Source: Burkholderiales bacterium (lineage in GTDB: Bacteria; Pseudomonadota; Gammaproteobacteria; Burkholderiales; SG8-39). Taken from it: a DNA stretch of 64,000 nt. The stretch lies in contig JACZJV010000062.1 of NCBI GenBank assembly GCA_014860355.1, positions 759 through 64,758 of the forward strand. Direction: 5' to 3'. The notes beneath the pieces are model-generated. The model saw only the letters and a list, made by a program, of their open reading frames with translations, made no database searches and was not told the DNA's origin. Shown in pieces: positions 21,701 to 30,388 of this stretch. Position 1 is the stretch's first letter. The number at the start of each line of letters is the position of its first letter. The translations under genes and the position numbers were made by a program.

Positions 21701-22622
21701 CCGGAGGTGTCACGGTCGACCCGGTCAAATCCAGGGTCGCACCGGCTGCTCCGGTTGCCGTCAGCGCTACTACAGGTGCGGAAGCTGTCGGCGAGACGGG
21801 TATGGGTGATGCGGCCGGCGCGGTGGCGGTGGCACTGGCCGGATCGACCACTGCCGTATCCCGAATCTCCCCCGTAGCCTCCGCGGCTTGCTCGCCAGGC
21901 GCCGCCGCCGCTGTTTCCTGTTGTCCTCCCTCCTTGGATTCCTCCTTGGCTTTTTGTGTTCCTGGCTCCGGCGTCGGTTTATAGAAAGGCGGAATCTTCG
22001 GCAGGATCACGGGCGCGGCCCTGGTCACCGGCGCGAACCCCACCTGGTTGGGCTGTATGTCTATGCTGCCGGCATCGTTGCGGATGAAAGCAACTCCGAC
22101 GTTGACTTTGTCGTAGCTGCCGGGCTCGGCGACGGATGTCTGCCCAGGTGCCGGCGCCAGAATTACCATGGGTTCGTGGTCCGTGCCGCGAATGCCGATG
22201 GTGGCAGTAGCCGTTTTTATCAGATAGTTCTGCTTGTTGGTGCGTCCGATGAAGCCGGTGATGGTGCGAAAACCGCCCCGCAACAGCGAAACGACGGCGC
22301 TTTCCTGGCCGTCCTCCTTGCCGCTGTAGCGGTAGGTATCGAAGCCCATGTCGGTGTTGGGCCGGATCGCGATGAATCCGCCATCGACCATCTTTATCTG
22401 CGCGGAAGAACTCGCGGCTGTGACTATCCTGTCACCTTCATTTACTTCGTCGCCTTTATTCAAGGCGCGCGTTTCACCCGCCTTGGTGACGAGCTTGACG
22501 TCGCCGATCACGAATTGCACGTTGCCGGCTGCGCCGAATGCAGCGCCCGCATAGGCGGCGAGCAGCAGCAGAGCGGGGAGGGCCTTGAGCGGATTTTTCC
22601 AGGAAAACAGCATGGCGTTCAC
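18741..22622 (-). CDS. Large exported FecR-domain protein with three tandem TbpB-like (handle + barrel) lobe modules
   Basis: Signal peptide without lipobox; FecR domain (DVKLVTKAGETRALNKGDEVNEGDRIVTAASSSAQIKMVDGG...TATATIGIRGTDHEPMV); Pro/Ala-rich linker; three internal modules each ending xxGxxxF(K/S)x. Confidence 0.85.
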   Translation of the reverse strand: MNAMLFSWKNPLKALPALLLLAAYAGAAFGAAGNVQFVIGDVKLVTKAGETRALNKGDEVNEGDRIVTAASSSAQIKMVDGGFIAIRPNTDMGFDTYRYSGKEDGQESAVVSLLRGGFRTITGFIGRTNKQNYLIKTATATIGIRGTDHEPMVILAPAPGQTSVAEPGSYDKVNVGVAFIRNDAGSIDIQPNQVGFAPVTRAAPVILPKIPPFYKPTPEPGTQKAKEESKEGGQQETAAAAPGEQAAEATGEIRDTAVVDPASATATAPAASPIPVSPTASAPVVALTATGAAGATLDLTGSTVTPPDGSTIPVVDVPTVVVTNFSSTAVLRNEVLWDTTQIAPGVDPAVTTYIVSDKTSSNLFNNATGTPDTPLTTPSTTPVTLTGSTVNTNFLFDTSGNLIGVLDTPHVVFDHANDVPGSRTQFAIPTPLAHARLSFSGGTAAESYFDPATSIRFGRWSGGAVNVTDLSTGTSYVESLLAPDGAARSLQWVVAQIPSSLPLTGVFQYTRIGDAAGAPSFATAPTDSYGNVGTLDGARLSADFTNSKASAAVRITMPSGPAGSLGIQNLSARFDNAPISNGGFNVSSGASNNPAGTDNLHIGCFGSGCAPDIATGVSAYGGRIRGGFDSATGNAGTADGAFFRYTFNTNYGVNAVTPPAGRVVDDYINGLVAFKLGPEIVLPTSASYPVAAPVAPVTVVATYSYFDAINSFNQSSSGNFWTDRPQTSLVTDAAGNLVSITEPGDSSVFGDNRALALSGGTATPATPTALAIGSTATATDGSILLGWQSPSPTLTVSGVDFNGCFGTTGCVDPVPRTVLGDGLSWVRGPAPFPIYLPGAIAGYTNSTGVVVPGTATYNLGTSVLHDQNGAIGTVNSAGLTVNFGNASVNFDMQATTPAGNWVVSAPGIRLDQEGSFHANAGNSGATIASGTTVQPTSSHDNMNITLTGSTGTFGTMEGQLMGIGAGGAGVTYNLNGFLPCTSGPCPTETASGALAFSLNGTPYSTLTPYHLALNVPGMTLLGELEPSENTRIDGGFLSAYRTQFVNNLPVRMDGQLPVLVVNGPPCTTNCSFVNDIPVVYAVAGATGAASVGTATVLEAGYDPATGMRWGRYGNGTIGVTDRISGASLGVVAATQSVPFVISGSQSGPTVLPITGTFNYTFAGGTSPVDSNGNVGAALTAANASLTANFTAQTVNATLSNLTVGGNTWGASATGIPISANVFQAGKKLGDTIGSMTVTTSLGANPADTSGSLVGGFTGQTGNGVGMAYSLNHGGNTSSNPAAVTASGVVVFKR

Positions 22623-22634
22623 CTTGTGCGAAAA

Positions 22635-23984
22635 TTATTTGAAGTCGCGGCGGATCGAAATCGAAATGTCGGTGCGGTCGAACTGGTACAGCACGATATT
22701 GGAGTTGTTGCGTATGTAGGAGACCTGCGGGCGTATCGTCCACAGCTTGTCGTAGTGCCAGTTGACGCCGATGTTGGCGTCATATTGGTTGTCGTCGCGG
22801 AACACCGGCTGGGCGGGCGTGCTGAATGAAGCATTGGCCAGATCGTACTTGCTGAACTGTGCGCCGACGCCGGCGAAGAGTTCGGTTCTCTGGTTGAGTT
22901 GCACCTGTCCACCCAGACGCAGGCCGCTGAAGTCCTTGCCGCCGTCGGCGCGCAACGGTGCGCGCTCGTTCCCGGTAAACAGGCTGGCGAACACCAGGCC
23001 CTTGCCGTCGTTGATCACGCGCAGCCAATTGGCGCCGAACAAGGATTGATCGAAGTCATTGACGCTGATCGTGGGTTCGAAGCGGTAACTCGCGTACTGC
23101 CCGAACGCGCTCACCTGGTTGGCAGGGTTGAGCAGATAACGCCATTCCGCGTTGACGCCGCTGGTGTCGCGGTTGTTCTTCCCGTCCAGATCGTATTTTC
23201 CGCCGAGCACGCCGAGGCGGAACATATTCGTAGTCTGGCCCACGGCGATGCCGGCGCGCGCGTCGACGCTGAGGGAATCAAATGTGTCCTGGGTGTTGTT
23301 GCTGCGGCCGCGTACGTCAGCGCCGGCAAAAAGGCCGAAGTTCGAATTGACCCGGTGGCTGATCTCGCCGCCGAGCCCCAGGCCCAGATAGCTGTCTGCG
23401 GTCTTGACGCCGGTCGGATCGAGGATGAAAACCAGGTCGCCCAGAGCCGGCACCGCTATCGAACTATTGCTGGTGGCGTAATTGATGTTGCTGTCGTGGC
23501 CCCAGGTGCCTTCGATATAGCCTGTGGCGACGGTTTTCTTGGCGTCTTCGTGCTTGTCGATCAATGCGAGGTAGTTGTCTATGAGCTTCTTGGCCGCCGG
23601 CGGCGGTTTTTGCGTCAGCACAGTTTCGAATTCAGCCTTGGCGCGGGTGTAGTCGCCCAATTGATAATAGGCGCGCCCCATGTCTATGCGTGCGCCGGCG
23701 AAATTGGGGTCGACTGCCAGTACGCGCTCGAAGGCGATCGTGGCTTTGTCCGGCTTGCCGCTGTCCAATGCAGCTACGCCCAGGAGGTAGTCGAACTTGA
23801 TGTTGCCGGCCTGTGCGAACTCGAACGGTTCGAGCAGGGAATACGCTTCGGCCGCTTTTCCCTGTTTGAGCAGCGCGTTCGCCTTGTCCAGATCGGCCTC
23901 CGCTGCAAGCACGGAATTTGCCGCCACCCACAAACAGAACCCCAGGGCAAGCAAGGTCCGCCTGACCGAAAATAAATTCGTCAT
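22635..23984 (-). CDS. TPR-containing outer-membrane beta-barrel protein, Slam/DUF560-like (surface lipoprotein assembly modifier-like)
   Basis: Start reset to MTNLFSVRR (RBS GGGAGTAGGAA). Signal peptide; TPR segment; about 300-aa barrel with alternating beta pattern ending ...FDRTDISISIRRDFK. Confidence 0.75.
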   Translation of the reverse strand: MTNLFSVRRTLLALGFCLWVAANSVLAAEADLDKANALLKQGKAAEAYSLLEPFEFAQAGNIKFDYLLGVAALDSGKPDKATIAFERVLAVDPNFAGARIDMGRAYYQLGDYTRAKAEFETVLTQKPPPAAKKLIDNYLALIDKHEDAKKTVATGYIEGTWGHDSNINYATSNSSIAVPALGDLVFILDPTGVKTADSYLGLGLGGEISHRVNSNFGLFAGADVRGRSNNTQDTFDSLSVDARAGIAVGQTTNMFRLGVLGGKYDLDGKNNRDTSGVNAEWRYLLNPANQVSAFGQYASYRFEPTISVNDFDQSLFGANWLRVINDGKGLVFASLFTGNERAPLRADGGKDFSGLRLGGQVQLNQRTELFAGVGAQFSKYDLANASFSTPAQPVFRDDNQYDANIGVNWHYDKLWTIRPQVSYIRNNSNIVLYQFDRTDISISIRRDFK

Positions 23985-24064
23985 GAATTTCCTACTCCCA
24001 GCGCTTGGTCTTGGACGGGTCGATAAGACCCATTTGTTCCGAATGCGAAAGCGCATGCCAATGA

Positions 24065-24081
24065 TTGATATCCGATATCAA
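24065..24081. promoter_or_regulatory. 17-bp perfect interrupted palindrome, candidate operator upstream of the Slam-like/FecR operon
   Basis: TTGATATC-C-GATATCAA, about 80 bp upstream of start at 23984. Confidence 0.45.
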
Positions 24082-24248
24082 CTTTGGCTTGCGTACGCAC
24101 GGAGCTAAACTTCATTTCCCGGATATGGCCGAATTTCTGCTTTTGTTCAGATTTTCATTCTGGCTGCAATCTAACATAGTATGGTCAGATTGGTAAATTT
24201 ATTGCTGCTATCAAGAGCATGCAGGACTCAAGTATCATTTGCATGTGC

Positions 24249-24338
24249 GCCAGGGTGGTGAAATTGGTATACACAGCGGGCTTAAAACCCGCCGCCGCTA
24301 ATCCCGGCATGCCGGTTCGACCCCGGTCCCTGGCACCA
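24249..24338 (+). tRNA. tRNA-Leu (TAA)
   Basis: GCCAGGG...CCCTGGC acceptor stem, GCGGGCTTAAAACCCGC anticodon arm, variable arm, GGTTCGACCCC, encoded CCA. Confidence 0.95.
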
Positions 24339-24646
24339 GTCTGAAATCAACGTCCGTGATGAATGCCCGATTGCGAAATTGGCGGCTGGGCTGACCTTGT
24401 TCTAGATCCGCCTGCCGATCAATAGACCAATCGGCCTAGTGGCGCAGAAATTTGGTCATGTATTGAGATAAATCAAAACAGACAATCCGATGGCGCGGAC
24501 CTTGTAGTCCCGTCCAGGGCGCCACAGGCAAGGAGCCGTACGTGAACATCGCGACGTTCCGCAAGCACAACCAGTCCGGGCCGGATTCGGGTTTCCTTTC
24601 CGATTTCTGCTCCGATATGGGCTAGAATGAAATCGGACATAGATGC

Positions 24647-25075
24647 ATGATCGTATTTGACCTAATCTGCCGGGAACAACATCGCTTCGAGGGCTGGTTT
24701 GCCTCGGGTGATGATTTCACTGCGCAACAAGACAGTGGCTTGCTCGCGTGCCCGGTATGCGGCGGCGCAAATGTGGAAAAACTGCCGACGGCCAAGATCC
24801 GGAAACAGCAGTCGGAGGCTGCGCCACCGGACGTACGGGCCGGCGCGGCGCAAGGCGCGCTGAAGGTGGAAGCGTCCCGTATCATCGACTACATCCTGAC
24901 CCACAGCGAGGACGTGGGCAAAAGCTTCGCTGCGGAAGCGCGCAGGATCCATTACCGGGAAGCGCCCCAGCGCAACATACGCGGCGTCGCTACCCGTTCC
25001 GAGTCCGAAGACCTGCGCGACGAAGGCGTCCAGGTGTTCACGCTGCCGGTCCCGACTCGCGACCGCTGGAACTAG
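24647..25075 (+). CDS. DUF1178 family zinc-ribbon protein
   Basis: MIVFDLICREQHRFEGWFASGDDF...LLACPVCGGANVEKLPTA. Confidence 0.88.
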   Translation: MIVFDLICREQHRFEGWFASGDDFTAQQDSGLLACPVCGGANVEKLPTAKIRKQQSEAAPPDVRAGAAQGALKVEASRIIDYILTHSEDVGKSFAAEARRIHYREAPQRNIRGVATRSESEDLRDEGVQVFTLPVPTRDRWN

Positions 25076-25114
25076 GGGCACCGCGCAGTAACCGACCGCG
25101 GGTACCGAGACAAT

Positions 25115-25136
25115 ATAATGCGCATATGTGTATTAT
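25115..25136. repeat. Imperfect palindrome in convergent intergenic gap
   Basis: ATAATGCGCATATGTGTATTAT centred on CATATG; mismatches are G.U-compatible. Confidence 0.5.
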
Positions 25137-25172
25137 GTAAAATGTTAGCCGCAAGCAAAATGACTGTCATGC

Positions 25173-25805
25173 CTATTCCTTCGCTCCCGCCTGCCTGAGC
25201 AAGTCCGCGATATCGGTATTCCCGCCCTTTAGCGCCCATCCCAGGGCCGTAGCGCCCGAATCGCTTCTGATATTCGGATCCGCCACCTCCCACAACAGCA
25301 GCCTGACTGTCTCGAGTCGACCATAGCGGGCGGCCATCATCAGCGCCGACACGCCGCTGGGCGCAAGCGCGTCGATTTCCGCGCCTTTTTCCAGGAGAAA
25401 TTTGACCATGTCGGTGTGACCGCGCCAGGCGGCGTAAATCAAGGGGTTCCAGCCCTGGACATTGATCTGCGCGCCATGGGCCACCAGCAACTCGACCAGT
25501 TCCAGGCTGCCGCTGGCTGCCGCGAGCATGAGTGCCGTCTCCCCGTAACGGTTGCGGGCGTTGACCTTGGCCTGCAGTCGCAGCAGGTATTCGGCCATCT
25601 CGGTTTGGCCCTCCTTGACCGCGAGCATAAGCAAGGTGTGGCCTTCGGGATCGCTGGTGTTCACGTCGATGCCCTTTGCAAACAGGGCCTCGGCCGTCGA
25701 AAGATCGTTCAACTTTACCGCGTTGAGGATGTCGTCATAGGACTCCGCGAGCGCGCTTGTACTCTGAAGGGACAAAAACACAATAATGCATAATCTCAAT
25801 AACAT
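25173..25805 (-). CDS. Exported ankyrin-repeat protein
   Basis: Signal peptide MLLRLCIIVFLSLQSTSALA; repeats (DPEGHTLLMLAVKEGQTEMAEYLL; RYGETALMLAAASGSLELVELLV). Confidence 0.88.
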   Translation of the reverse strand: MLLRLCIIVFLSLQSTSALAESYDDILNAVKLNDLSTAEALFAKGIDVNTSDPEGHTLLMLAVKEGQTEMAEYLLRLQAKVNARNRYGETALMLAAASGSLELVELLVAHGAQINVQGWNPLIYAAWRGHTDMVKFLLEKGAEIDALAPSGVSALMMAARYGRLETVRLLLWEVADPNIRSDSGATALGWALKGGNTDIADLLRQAGAKE

Positions 25806-25822
25806 ATCATTCTTTATTAATG

Positions 25823-26599
25823 TCAATCCTTACTAATGGAAGGTTTGAATAATCGGAAGAAATTCGCAGTCGTCGCCGCCGCCACCGCTTCCAGGGAGGT
25901 TTCGCGCAAACGGGCGATTTCCTCTGCCACATGCCTGACCCAGCCCGGCTCGTTGGTTTTCCCGCGGTGCGGTACCGGAGCAAGATAGGGGGAATCGGTT
26001 TCCACCAGCATGCGCTCCAGCGGTATCGCTTTGGCCACCTCCTTGATGGAATGGGCGTTCTTGAAGGTGACTATGCCGGAAAAGGAGATATAGAAATCCA
26101 TATCCATGGCCGCCAGCGCAAACTCCATGGTTTCGGTGAAGCAATGCATTACCCCGCCTATCTCGCCGGCGCGTTCTTCGCGCAGGATGCGCAAAGTGTC
26201 GTCGCCGGCGTCCCGCGTATGGATGATCAATGGCTTGCCACAATCGCGCGCGGCCCGGATGTGGGTGCGAAAGCGCGCCTTTTGCCATTCGAGCTCGCCC
26301 TCCTGGCGATAGTAGTCCAGGCCGGTTTCGCCAATGGCGACGATTCTGGGGTGCTGCGCGCGCTCGAGCAGGTCCCCGAGCCCGGGACTGGCATCGTCGG
26401 CCTGGTCCGGATGCACTCCGACCGAGGCGTACAGCTGCGCATGGCCTTCCGCCAGAGCCAGGACGCGTGGAAAATCAGCGAGATTGACGGATACACACAG
26501 GGCATGTGTCACCTGATTCTGCGCCATGCCCTCGAGAATCTGCGGGATGCGATCGGCATATTGCTCGAAATCGATATGGCAATGCGAATCGACCAGCAT
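25823..26599 (-). CDS. tatD: TatD family metal-dependent hydrolase
   Basis: MLVDSHCHIDFEQYADRI; IGETGLDYYR; LLVETDSPYLAPVPHRGKTNEP-type motif. Confidence 0.95.
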   Translation of the reverse strand: MLVDSHCHIDFEQYADRIPQILEGMAQNQVTHALCVSVNLADFPRVLALAEGHAQLYASVGVHPDQADDASPGLGDLLERAQHPRIVAIGETGLDYYRQEGELEWQKARFRTHIRAARDCGKPLIIHTRDAGDDTLRILREERAGEIGGVMHCFTETMEFALAAMDMDFYISFSGIVTFKNAHSIKEVAKAIPLERMLVETDSPYLAPVPHRGKTNEPGWVRHVAEEIARLRETSLEAVAAATTANFFRLFKPSISKD

Positions 26600-26606
26600 G
26601 GCGGAT

Positions 26607-27617
26607 CTAGCCTATCTCTTTGTAGGCGATGAACAAGTCGTCGAAGAACAACCTGGTGTTCAAGGGGTGCTCGGAAATCGCCCGCAGCGATGACAGTGCA
26701 CTGTAAAAGCGCAGCAACTGCAGCAAGGGCATGCGTTCGGCCAGCAGGCTCAGTTTCCTTTCCTGGTCGATGTTGTATCGCGCCCTGCCCTTGCTCGCGA
26801 GCGCGATCAAATCGTAGGTCCACTTCAGCATCCAGTCGACCACGGGGCCAGGCTGCAGCCGCTGGCAGAAATCAGCCAGGCCCAGCGCGCTCGTGTTCGC
26901 CAGGCCGAGCAGGTCGAACAGCCTGCGACGCGTATCGGCCTCCTCGTCTGGCAGCGCAGCCGCTTCCAGGGGGGCGTCGCCGGCGAAAGCGAGCGTAGCG
27001 GGCGTGGCTTTGCTGCCCTGCTGCTGCAGCCAGCGCAGCGACAATTCCCGCGGCGGCAAAGTCAAGGCTAGCGCGTGACAGCGGCTGCGCACGGTAGCCA
27101 GCAGCCTGCTCGGCTGGTGCGAGACCAGCAGAAATACCACTCCGGCCGATGGCTCTTCCAGGTTTTTCAGCAAGGCATTGGCCGATCCCGGATTCATGCT
27201 TTCGGCCGGGTAGATCAACACTACGCGATAGCCGTTGCGATGCGAACCCAGGTTCAGAAAATCACTAAGCGCGCGAATCTGATCTATTTTGATTTGCTTG
27301 CTCGCCTTTTTCCTGGTTTCGTCGGCACCCTCGGCGGGTTCTGCCTCGTCCTGGGCAGGCGCCAGGGCTTCCGGCTGAACCAGGCGAAAATCGGGATGAT
27401 TGCCCGCGACGAACCAGGTGCACGCCGGACAGGCACCACAGGCCAGGCCCTGGTTCGACTTGTTCTCGCACAGCAGGGACTGGGCCAGAACCTGCGCCAG
27501 ATGCAGCTTGCCTATGCCGGGGCGGCCGTGGAACAGCAGCGCATGAGGCAGGCGCCCATGCATCGCGGCGAGCCGGCCCCATATCTCCTCCTGCCAAGGA
27601 AAGTAGTTTATTGACAT
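26607..27617 (-). CDS. holB: DNA polymerase III subunit delta'
   Basis: [29 protein letters not shown]; [17 protein letters not shown]; [11 protein letters not shown]. Confidence 0.95.
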   Translation of the reverse strand: MSINYFPWQEEIWGRLAAMHGRLPHALLFHGRPGIGKLHLAQVLAQSLLCENKSNQGLACGACPACTWFVAGNHPDFRLVQPEALAPAQDEAEPAEGADETRKKASKQIKIDQIRALSDFLNLGSHRNGYRVVLIYPAESMNPGSANALLKNLEEPSAGVVFLLVSHQPSRLLATVRSRCHALALTLPPRELSLRWLQQQGSKATPATLAFAGDAPLEAAALPDEEADTRRRLFDLLGLANTSALGLADFCQRLQPGPVVDWMLKWTYDLIALASKGRARYNIDQERKLSLLAERMPLLQLLRFYSALSSLRAISEHPLNTRLFFDDLFIAYKEIG

Positions 27618-28222
27618 GCTGTTACGATATATTTCTCAAGTGCATTGCGAATGTCGGCGACGCTCCGGCTGGCGTCGATAACCTGGATTCTCTGCGGGTA
27701 GCGGGCAGCGCGCGCTAGGTAGACGGAGCGTACCCGGGCGAAAAAATCCAGGTTTTCCTGTTCGAAGCGGTCAGGCGCAGCCGTGGCCGCCAGGCGCCGC
27801 TCTTTGGCCTGTTCCACCGAAAGATCGAAAACGAATGTCAGATCGGGCTGCAGCCCTTGCTGCACCCAGCCCTCGAGGCTTTCAATTCTGGCCAGATCCA
27901 GCCCGCGCCCGCCGCCCTGGTAGGCGAAAGTGGCGTCGGTAAAGCGGTCCGAAAGCACCCAGGTTCCCGCGGCCAGGGCCGGCAGGACCAGCAGCTCCAG
28001 GTGCTCGCGCCTGGCAGCGAACATGAGCAAGGTCTCGGTTTCGAGGTGCATGGGCTGCGTCAGCAGCAGTTTGCGCAGTGCTTCCCCAAGAGGCGTGCCG
28101 CCGGGCTCGCGCGTCACGGCCACCTTCTTTCCTGCCGCTTCCAGGCGCGCGGCGATCCAGTCCAGGTGGGTGCTCTTGCCCGCGCCGTCGACGCCTTCCA
28201 GGGTAATGAACTTGCCGCGCAT
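27608..28222 (-). CDS. tmk: Thymidylate kinase
   Basis: [47 protein letters not shown]. Confidence 0.97.
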   Translation of the reverse strand: MRGKFITLEGVDGAGKSTHLDWIAARLEAAGKKVAVTREPGGTPLGEALRKLLLTQPMHLETETLLMFAARREHLELLVLPALAAGTWVLSDRFTDATFAYQGGGRGLDLARIESLEGWVQQGLQPDLTFVFDLSVEQAKERRLAATAAPDRFEQENLDFFARVRSVYLARAARYPQRIQVIDASRSVADIRNALEKYIVTACQ

Positions 28223-28223
28223 G

Positions 28224-29228
28224 CTAGCGTTTCTTCTTTTGCCGCTGGTACCGGGATACCGCGCGTTCGTGTTCCGCCAGGGTGCGCGAAAATTCGCTCG
28301 AACCGTCGCCGCGGGCGACAAAATACAGGGCATTGGTATCCGCCGGGTTCAGCGCCGCCTGCAGCGCCGCGAGGCCAGGCATGGCAATCGGCGTAGGCGG
28401 CAGCCCGGCCCGCGTATAGGTATTGTGCGGCGTATCGGCGCGCAGGTCTTTGGTGCGCAGATTGCCATCGAATTTTTCTCCCATCCCGTAAATCACGGAA
28501 GGATCGGTCTGGAGCAGCATGCCCATGCGCAGGCGATTGACGAATACTCCCGCGACCTGCGCGCGTTCGTTCGATTGTCCGGTCTCTTTTTCGATCACCG
28601 AAGCCATGATCAAGGCCTCATAGGGGGTGCGATAAGGCAGGTCGGGGGCGCGCTGTTCCCAGGCCGCCTGTAGCCGCCTGTCCATTGCTGCGTAAGCCCG
28701 TTTGAGGACCTCCATATCGCTGCTGCCTACGCCGAAGCGATAGGTGTCGGGGAAGAACAGGCCTTCCGGGCTGCGATCGGCCGCACCCAAGCGGGCCATG
28801 ATGTCGCCATCGCTGAGATCGGCGCTCTCGTGCCTCAGGTCCGGATCGGCCTTGAGTGCCGCGCGCAGCTGCCTGAAGGTCCAACCCTCGAGGAATGTCA
28901 CCTCCGCCTGGATCACATCTCCCGAAGTCAGCTTGTCCAGCAAGGCCAGAGGCGTAACGCCGCCGGCGACTTCATAGCTGCCGGCCTGGATCGCGCCGGC
29001 CTTGTCCAACAGGCGCACGAGCAGCTTGAATCGCCAGGCGCTCAACTCGATGCCGGAATCGACGATCTGCCGCGTTGCGGTTTTCAAGCTGCTGCCCGGT
29101 TTGATGGAGAATTGCACCCGCTCAGCGCGCAGGTCCAGCGGGCTCGAGGCATACCAGCGCAGTCCCGCTGCCGCCAGCAGCGTCAAGCACAATGCGAGGA
29201 GAAGAATGCGGATGATCCACGACGACAT
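28224..29228 (-). CDS. mltG: Endolytic transglycosylase MltG
   Basis: [16 protein letters not shown]; [40 protein letters not shown]. Confidence 0.96.
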   Translation of the reverse strand: MSSWIIRILLLALCLTLLAAAGLRWYASSPLDLRAERVQFSIKPGSSLKTATRQIVDSGIELSAWRFKLLVRLLDKAGAIQAGSYEVAGGVTPLALLDKLTSGDVIQAEVTFLEGWTFRQLRAALKADPDLRHESADLSDGDIMARLGAADRSPEGLFFPDTYRFGVGSSDMEVLKRAYAAMDRRLQAAWEQRAPDLPYRTPYEALIMASVIEKETGQSNERAQVAGVFVNRLRMGMLLQTDPSVIYGMGEKFDGNLRTKDLRADTPHNTYTRAGLPPTPIAMPGLAALQAALNPADTNALYFVARGDGSSEFSRTLAEHERAVSRYQRQKKKR

Positions 29229-29343
29229 TCGTTTGCGGGCTTATCCGTGAGGGGCTGACTGGAGATTGCCGAGGCTATAATTGACGCTTGAATTTCATAT
29301 TATCACGCATACTTAAGACATTATCCAAGTCTGCAGGACGACG

Positions 29344-30378
29344 ATGACTTCTACCTGGCAGGACTTCCTGCTCGCACGCGGGGCGCGCATCGAAGCGGGT
29401 GTGCTGAACCATTTCGGCGACGCTGCGGCCGAACTGCGCGCAGCTCGCGATGGCTGCATTGTAGCCCCGCTGACCCACCTGGGGCTGCTAGAGTTCAGCG
29501 GCGAGGACGCGCAGGCCTTCCTCCACGGCCAGCTCAGCAACGATGTCAAACAGCTCAGTCCTGGTCGCAGCGAGTATGCAGCCTACTGCTCGGCCAAGGG
29601 GCGCATGCTGGCGAATTTCCTGTTGTGGCAGGAAGGCAGGCATTATCAGCTGCAGCTTGCCCGCGCCCTGCTGCCGGCGATGCAAAAGCGGCTGGGGATG
29701 TTCGTACTCCGGGCCCAGGTGAAGCTGGCCGACGCGAGCGAGTCGCGTCCGCTGCTGGGCCTGGCCGGCAAGGGTGCCGCCGATGTGCTGCGTGAATTCT
29801 TTCCCGCGCTCCCGCAACAGGCGCATCAGGTCGTGCACGATGCGGCCGGCGCTACCCTGATCGCGCTACCGGGCGAGAGGTTTGAGTTGATCGCCGAACT
29901 CGAGACGGCAAAGAGGCTGTGGGACAGGCTGGCTGCCAGGCTGACTCCGGTAGGCACGCCCTGCTGGGAATGGCTGGAGATCAGGGGCGGCATACCTCTG
30001 ATCACCCCTGCGACGCAGGAGCAATTCGTGCCGCAGATGGCCAATATGGAGTTGATCGGCGCAGTGAGTTTTCAGAAAGGCTGCTACCCGGGGCAGGAAA
30101 TCGTCGCCCGCACCCAGTACCTGGGCCAACTCAAGCGCCGCATGCTCCTCGCCCATGTCGCGGGAGCGGCGCCGCCGCAACCCGGTGACGCCTTGTACTG
30201 CGACGACCCGGACGCACAGGCGAGCGGCACGGTAGTCAATGCGCAGGCGGCACCCGAGGGCGGCTACGACTTGCTGGCGGTGGTGCAGACGGCCAGCATC
30301 GGCCAGGGCGCGCTGCATGTTCAATCCGCCGACGGGCCGGTGCTGCGCATCCAGCCCCTGCCCTACCCGCTCCCCTGA
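29344..30378 (+). CDS. ygfZ: YgfZ/GcvT-domain protein (Fe-S cluster maintenance)
   Basis: FQKGCYPGQEIVARTQYLGQLKRRM (K-G-C-Y-x-G-Q-E motif). Confidence 0.93.
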   Translation: MTSTWQDFLLARGARIEAGVLNHFGDAAAELRAARDGCIVAPLTHLGLLEFSGEDAQAFLHGQLSNDVKQLSPGRSEYAAYCSAKGRMLANFLLWQEGRHYQLQLARALLPAMQKRLGMFVLRAQVKLADASESRPLLGLAGKGAADVLREFFPALPQQAHQVVHDAAGATLIALPGERFELIAELETAKRLWDRLAARLTPVGTPCWEWLEIRGGIPLITPATQEQFVPQMANMELIGAVSFQKGCYPGQEIVARTQYLGQLKRRMLLAHVAGAAPPQPGDALYCDDPDAQASGTVVNAQAAPEGGYDLLAVVQTASIGQGALHVQSADGPVLRIQPLPYPLP

Positions 30379-30388
30379 GGCCGCCTCG

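Noticed and set aside
21888-22829. 313-aa plus-strand ORF opposite the FecR/Slam-like operon junction
   Set aside because: Antisense to the signal peptide and FecR domain of the real operon; no coding signature
24249-24646. Possible att duplication of the tRNA-Leu 3' end
   Set aside because: Only short partial similarity (CCAGGGCGCCAC) seen; no convincing direct repeat of the tRNA terminus
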